This document shows positions 61,244-64,000 of a stretch of 64,000 nucleotides of DNA, one piece after another (position 1 is the first letter of the stretch; every line of letters begins with the position of its first letter). Below the pieces are notes generated by a model. The model searched no databases. It was given only the letters and a program-made list of their open reading frames with translations, and had not been told where the DNA came from. The stretch is from Felis catus (taxonomy: Eukaryota): positions 11,780,001 to 11,844,000 of the forward strand of contig NC_058381.1 of assembly GCF_018350175.1 (NCBI RefSeq), read 5' to 3'. The translations under genes and the position numbers were made by a program.

Positions 61244-63492
61244 TCTGGGGGCTCTCCTGTCTGGGCAATGGGGGTCGCAGGGCTGGGGGTCCAACGGCCC
61301 GATGACTGTGTCGTTAACTTGAAACACACCTGGCCCTGTTATGGGGGAGGCTCCTTACCTGCCTGTCACCCCGCTGTCATTTCCCTGCCCCACTGCCTGG
61401 GCAGGTGGTGTGATGTGAGGCCCATGTGTCCTGTCTTCTCCCCGACAAGGAATGCGTCAGCTGCTCGTGGCTGAGCCCTAGTTCCCATTGAAGTGGCCGG
61501 TGCTTAGAGGCCTCATATGTGAAATGAGTAAGCCAGACGGTGTAGAGAGGGCGCTACAGACACGTTTTCAGAGAGCCTAACGCACAACAGACTGCTCCAG
61601 CTGTGGAGGACACACATCAATGGAGGGCAGCTCAGGGCCTGACTGGGCCCCGGGGTCGTCATGACAGGCATGGGCGGTCAGCATGGACAGGCCGCCATCC
61701 TCGGGGCCGATGAGGCCAAATCAGCCTTCAGAGAAGCCGGGAGTGCTCTCTGAATGGCACCCCAGTACGGGTCCTGCAGAGGCCAGAGGAAAGGGGGAGA
61801 TTCAAACACTCGGCTGTAAACAAATGTCTCCTCTGCCGGACCTTAGAGACGGGGCCCCTGCCCTCTTTTGTGATGCATGCCTAGAAGACTGGTTCTGGAA
61901 AAGTTCTTCCTCACTTCTCAGAAGAGGAAAGTGTCCTGAGTGGAGGGCACTTGTCCAAGGGTGTCCCATGAGCCAGTGACAAATGGGTGCCTGGGCCTTT
62001 GTCAGTGCTGGGCTGTCCTGGCGCTGGAGGAGGTGGTCCCTCGCCGGGCTGCTGAACAGGCTCCCTCTGGGGGCAGAAGCCACGTGTGCTGCAGCTCTGT
62101 CCTCCAGCACGTGCCTGGCCCGTCCGCCCCTGCACTTCCCAGTGCCGCCTTCTCTTCCTAGATGTCACCTTTCTTCTTGGAGAGATGGTGGGGGGTACAC
62201 CCGGGGTGGATCCTAGCTCTGCCACTTACCGGCTGGCCTCAGTTTCCTCCTCTGTGATATGGGCATAATGAGCCTATCTGCTTCTTGGGTCTCTGAGAAT
62301 TCAGTGATTTGGTCCCTGGGCGGGGTTTGGAAGGGTGCCCGTTCGCACTCTTGCAGATGCGTGCTGTGGTCACATCCCCAGATGGCACAGAGGCTGTGCA
62401 CAGTCTATCAGTGTCGGGTGAATAAATGCATAGACATATGCCTCCCGCCCCCTCCCCCCTCCCCCCTCCCCCCAGCCCAGCCGCTTTCACTTCCGTGCTG
62501 TCGGTTCTTGTAAAAATATCTGCTGACCCTGCACTGGTTGATGATGATACAGTCTTGCAGTGAAAGGGCTCCATTTGCTGGGGCCCAGCTGGAGGCGAGC
62601 TTCCCGCACCCCTGCTGGCAGAGCTCCCCACCTGCCAGAACTTGCTTCCCCACAGCGCCGCGTTTATGCCTCTGGAGCCCATGACAGCTAGCTCAAAGGC
62701 AGGATGGGGCAGGATGTAAATGCCTAGGATGTTTACATCTGTCGGTGCCTTCGTCGACCGCCAAGCCCTTCACGTGTTTTCTGGAGGAGGGAGGCCTGAT
62801 CCGGCACCCGTAGCAGGTGGCAGGGGTGGAGGGGTCCGGGGCCCTAGTGCTGGCCCCTCACACTAAAAGCTGAGCACCTGCACGAGCTGTGACTCCGAGA
62901 GAAACAGACAAGAGGAGAGAAGAGAGGAGGCGTTGCAGGCGCCTGGCGTTGCCGTAGCTGGCAGGGTTCTGCTGCGAGGCCCCTTGGCTTGGCCTCTCAG
63001 TTTGAAGGTTTCATGCCCCCTCCCCCAGGAGCCTCTGACCATCCAGGCTGGCATAGCCCCCGCCCCCTGGCAGGGTATGTGCTGCGTGGAAGGGACAGCG
63101 GGAGGAAGAACCAATTCTCCCCAGTGTAGCCCATCCCCTGCTGCAGCAAGGATATGACATCTTTCAAGGCAGGCAAAAGCAATAAAGGGGAACGGATAGG
63201 TAGCCACAGAAGAAGGATCTAGATTTTGCTAGACTTTCCAAATAGACGTGCAGGGTTGGGATGGTTTGTGGGGCCTCACCTTGCTGAGCTGTTGGCCGTG
63301 AAGGATGCTGCGGAGGGCCCACGTGATGAGCTGAGCGGGGGGTTAGCGGCAGGGGCATCCATGGGCTTAAAAGACGCATGATTAGAGGGGCTCCAGAGGG
63401 TGAGGGAGGCGGGAGCATGATTGCATTTGAGGCGTCCCTCTGAAACAAAACCCAGGTGGCAGCTGGGAATGGCGGTCTCCCGGGCACATTAG

Positions 63493-63495
<3 letters not shown>

Positions 63496-63530
<35 letters not shown>
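63496..63530. repeat. (TC)n microsatellite
   Basis: Read directly from the sequence. Confidence 0.95.
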
Positions 63531-63533
<3 letters not shown>

Positions 63534-64000
63534 CCTCACGGCCTCCAGGGATAATTACAGGATAATTATGGGCGAGAACATGCAAAGAGCAAGCGCTGCC
63601 TGCATTCCAGAAGCTAAGCGCTGTGAGCCCAGCTGGAGACCTGGGGGGCCTCTCCCCAACTGCCAGGTGGCTGACAGAAGGGCCGGTCTCCCTCGTGGGG
63701 GCTGTTGGAGCCCTGGCCCCCTGTTCTCTGGCTGCAGATCTGAGCCATGGCCCGTGTGGAGGGTGGCTTCTTGGGTCCCCGAGAGCCTGGTGCTGGGGCC
63801 CCCGTGAGGGGCTCTTACAGCCTTTCTCATCCCCAGCCCACCAGGTGCCTTCACACCTGCATGGAAACCTACACGCTGGTTACTTTGAAGAATGGGTTGA
63901 GCTTGGGGTTTCTGGAAGTGGTGAGTGGGGGCGTCGGACCCTGACTGTGCCTCCCGGGTGAGGACCCTTCAGCCTTGCCCCTGGCGCGTAGTGGGACAGA

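Larger units (their letters stand above)
43896..64000 (+). other. PEMT: PEMT intron 2 (partial, runs out of window)
   Basis: Starts GTAAGT; no exon-3 peptide (VARWEH..RKLS) seen downstream. Confidence 0.8.

Noticed and set aside
61541-61557. CTCF-like AGAGGGCGCTA
   Set aside because: The 5' half of the motif is missing.
1-64000. Hundreds of 60-276 aa ORFs in the track
   Set aside because: Pro/Gly/Arg-rich products of GC-rich non-coding DNA or SINE translations (MAQSVKRPTSAQV.., GQRETEHE..). Only the PEMT exon segments resemble a protein I recognise.

Overview
Mammalian, not microbial, DNA: a GC-rich carnivore locus, almost certainly cat or another felid, judged from about 39 tRNA-derived Can-SINEs, several of the young SINEC_Fc type with perfect target-site duplications (TSDs). 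It holds about 28 kb of upstream region plus the 5' part of PEMT (phosphatidylethanolamine N-methyltransferase, + strand): a CpG-island promoter, coding exon 1 (28312-28374), a 15.4-kb intron 1, coding exon 2 (43788-43895) and the start of a long intron 2. Exon 3 is not in the window. The ORF track misses a full-length RPS20 processed pseudogene (16444-16986), nested in an old L1 and itself hit by a SINE. The rest is old L1/L2/MIR, MLT1 and MER21-like LTRs, four MER20s and microsatellites; apart from the frames overlapping the two PEMT exons, the listed ORFs look spurious. I found no convincing novel multi-gene system. Best leads: (i) rewired translation start of the long PEMT isoform (human ATG position is CTG here, a new ATG 11 codons later, N-glycan sequon lost, and a splice-created uORF whose stop overlaps the short-isoform ATG); (ii) two perfect estrogen response elements; (iii) candidate alternative promoters; (iv) nested and possibly converted retro-insertions. 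Comparisons with human sequences and repeat consensuses are from memory and need checking by alignment.
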